DNA of 62,791 bases, the filler included, from Aduncisulcus paluster (taxonomy: Eukaryota): assembly GCA_024181965.1 (NCBI GenBank). It is 5 parts of 5 records of this genome, joined end to end, with 100 filler letters (N's around TTAATTAATTAA, not from the genome) between each part and the next. Parts side by side here need not be neighbours in the genome. Positions count along the whole stretch, not along the records: positions 59,933 to 62,791 come from BQXS01012571.1; 4 more parts are not named here. The stretch is one strand, 5' to 3'. The position numbers and the translations under genes were made by a program. Each line of letters opens with the position of its first letter. Position 1 is the first letter of the stretch. Positions 59,933-62,791 of this stretch are shown piece by piece. The notes under the pieces are model-generated. The model ran no database searches and was not told the DNA's origin. It was given only the letters and a program-made list of their open reading frames with translations.

Positions 59933-62244
59933 GATGTGATAGTGCCCATCTCATACGTGGAGATATCAAATGTATAATCTAATGTATATCCAAGAGCAGT
60001 CTGCACACCATCACGGACAGCATCATCAGGAATTACAATGTATTCACATGCATCGCCATACAAATCTGAAGGACATGAACATTCATTTGAAGAGCATGGG
60101 TAACTATTGCATGCAGTTTGGGTTACAAGCGACACAGGACAGGAACTCGAACAGGAGTTCCCGTAGGTATTAGTTGTGGCACACCTTTCTCCACACACTA
60201 CAGCACCATCAGACCCAAGAATAGATTGGAGATCACTCTTAGGCTTACAGACATCACATCGAAGGGAATTATTCCACGTGATGGTCGAATGGCCAGCACA
60301 TACACCTTCACGACTCATTGATTCGCCAACCGGACATGCTTGCATGCACTTGTCAATATTCTTATCCCAATAATATCCATCCCAACACTCAACTTGATAT
60401 GACGAATTGGCACGTTGCCGACATGTCTTATAATCTGAGAAGGAAAAGGATTCAGAACACTGGCAAGATTGTGTATTGGAAGTGATAGAGATGCTATTGA
60501 AATAGTTATTCAAGGTCGTTGCAGTTTCAGAGATATCACAGATGAAATTATCACTGATATTAAGACTTGAAAGCGAATCTTGAGGGAAGAATTCCGAGGA
60601 GATCAATGCTGAAACATCGGAGATATGATTAGAACTGACGTCAAGAGTCTCCAAAATGAATGGTTGGGTCAGATAATCACCAGCTGCAATTGGGGTGAGA
60701 TCAAGAATATCATCAAGCTCAGCTAAATCACACCCACTAGCATAGAGTGAGGTTAACCCACTCTGAACTACGTAGGTAGTTCCAGAATCGGTCCATTCTT
60801 TTCTGATGGATTTAGCAAGGATTTGCACAACTAAACGGTCATACTCGGCGGTAGAATTCGATGCACTCAACTGATAGCCACTAACATTCAAGGACGTAAT
60901 ACCAAGAGTGCCTGAAGTGCTCAAGCCTTGGGCATACTCAAGGCCTTGTAGAGTATCGATATTATTCTCGGAGCCAGATCCAGTAATTGCAGAAAGAGAA
61001 AAGGTCGCACAGGAAGAGGAAAGACCAGTTCTTAATGTATCAACACTGATGATACCATTGCTTTTAACGGCCGCACCACAATTTGTTATAAGATAACTTC
61101 TCAGAGTATCATCATGAACGGTATAACATCTACCACCAACTGACTTGGCAATGAATGCACATTCTAGGGTATTGCTAGTGTTGTCATACACCTCATTAAG
61201 TACAATAGAGGGGCAAAGGGGGTTAGAGGCATCACAATTATTGGGAGAATTGGGAGGATCATCGTTTAGAGTACAATTTGTTTCAAGATAAGTATCTTCG
61301 TCACTGAAATACATTACTTTTGAGAAAAAATCAGTAAATTCTGAGTCTGATTCTTTTCTACATACTTTAGCATATGAAGCTCCAGTAAAATGTTGTGCCA
61401 AATATAAATTATGCAATCCAATATTTCTATACATCACAGAAGGGTCAAAAACAGAAGAATTCCCCTCTAACCAGGATGCTTTTAATCGTGTTAATTTATA
61501 CAAAACATTAACATCTCCGATATTGTGGTTAGGATGGTCATCATTCAATGCCACATCAATTTCGATGGTTGTGAGCTGTGTGAGATTGGCCAAAGGGGCA
61601 CATGAAGTAAGGGCGTTATCATAGAAAGAAGCATAATTCATAGATATTAAGTACTCTGCGCCTACAAGAGAGTCAAACCCTGGAGCATATTTGACTTGAA
61701 CCATACCTGTTATCTCTGCCATTTCATATTCTGAAATATCACACGAAGTATTACTACCCTGACCAGAAATTTCACATACTTTCCATCTTAGGCCAAGCTT
61801 ATCAATTTGAATTTCATAAGTTTTGACCCCAACGGCATCACCAATGGTCTGCTTATCCCGGCTATCGTTGTCGATTACATCTGAGCCACTGTAAGAAGAG
61901 GAGTTATGGTTTGAACCAATATCCACGATGTGAGGAACCTCAAACTCTACATCATTTGGATCATTGTGGATAGAACTGTTATACTCACCGTCAGGCACAT
62001 TCTCTTCAATATCATGCTCTGTAATGTGCTTCATTGTATTTGGAGATGCCTCTATGGAACTGTTAATGGCCAAGTCAAGGTCAGAGACAATGAGAGTATC
62101 TGGAATATCTCTAGATCCATGGGGTGTGTTGAGAACACCGATAAGAGGTTGTGAGTGCACAGGATAGAAGAGCATGGATATGCATGTGAGAAGAATAAGG
62201 GCAGAAAATGGGATGGATGCAGCATTGATGGATCTGCGAGACAT
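59933..62244 (-). CDS. Secreted or surface LRR plus Cys-rich/EGF-like protein (3' end truncated)
   Basis: Signal peptide MSRRSIN..ALILLTCISMLFYPVHS; LRRs (LETLDVSSNHISDVS, LNISDNFIC, LQGLEYA); CSCPSDLYGDAC. Confidence 0.8.
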
Positions 62245-62791
62245 GCTCAGAGAGCTTCTTGTTGATTGAGGCCGAGGAACCGTGAGATGGTTAATACCTA
62301 CAAGAATACACGCAACAAGAATAGACGTGGTGAGGGCAACATATAATAATAATAATAATAATAATAGCAGTAATAAGGGCTTGAGGAAGAATGAATGGAA
62401 TGGCAGGAATAGAGAGGATAGATGGATGCAGGATGTCACTGGCTGAAATACCGACGGAGACATCGACTGAAGGAACAGGAATATAATCATCACGGGACAC
62501 CGAGATATATTTGGGGATAAACTCGGAAAGATTCTCATTAAGTTCATCGAAGGCATCGATTCCATTGAGAAAAAAATGATCACTCTTATCATGAGATAAA
62601 ACGTTTGAAGGAACATCAAAGGGAGAGAAACGCGGCATCATAAAATGTGGCAATAATGATGACGTATCATCAATCATAGTACCCATGGGATCAACGGTGG
62701 TACTACCAGTAGCATCCATTTCAGGACAAAGGGGGAAATAAGGGAGAAAATATGCAATGTTGCAATAGGAATAATTTAAAGAAATGTTATA

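Noticed and set aside
62245..62619. N-terminal 125 aa of the 912-aa ORF, including poly-Leu
   Set aside because: Poly-Leu derives from an ATA/TAT microsatellite; a better signal-peptide start lies at 62244

Overview
Eukaryotic, AT-rich protist DNA using the standard genetic code, with rare short GT-AG introns. It is most likely an anaerobic flagellate of the fornicate/Carpediemonas-like group (Aduncisulcus-like). This is inferred from an ASCT-1B-type CoA transferase, a CCDC40-like axonemal gene, a lineage-typical kinase tail and an LRR/Cys-rich surface protein. The window is five unrelated contigs joined by N-TTAATTAATTAA-N linkers (1-14385, 14486-35964, 36064-56457, 56558-59832, 59933-62791). 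Contigs 1, 2 and 4 are nested transposon graveyards: Ty3/Gypsy LTR elements, hAT, IS630/Tc1, CACTA-like and non-LTR fragments, and a tRNA-headed structured element. Contig 3 is a compact housekeeping cluster (CoA transferase, SCP phosphatase, AP mu, GT8, eIF2B, SPFH, NMD3) ending in a CRE-like RT+RLE retrotransposon. Main observation: about eight diverged Ty3/Gypsy elements have an AT-rich palindrome directly after the inferred LTR-terminal CA, where a TGG tRNA primer-binding site should be. This suggests a possible tRNA-independent priming system. All family calls come from motif recognition by eye; no searches were run.
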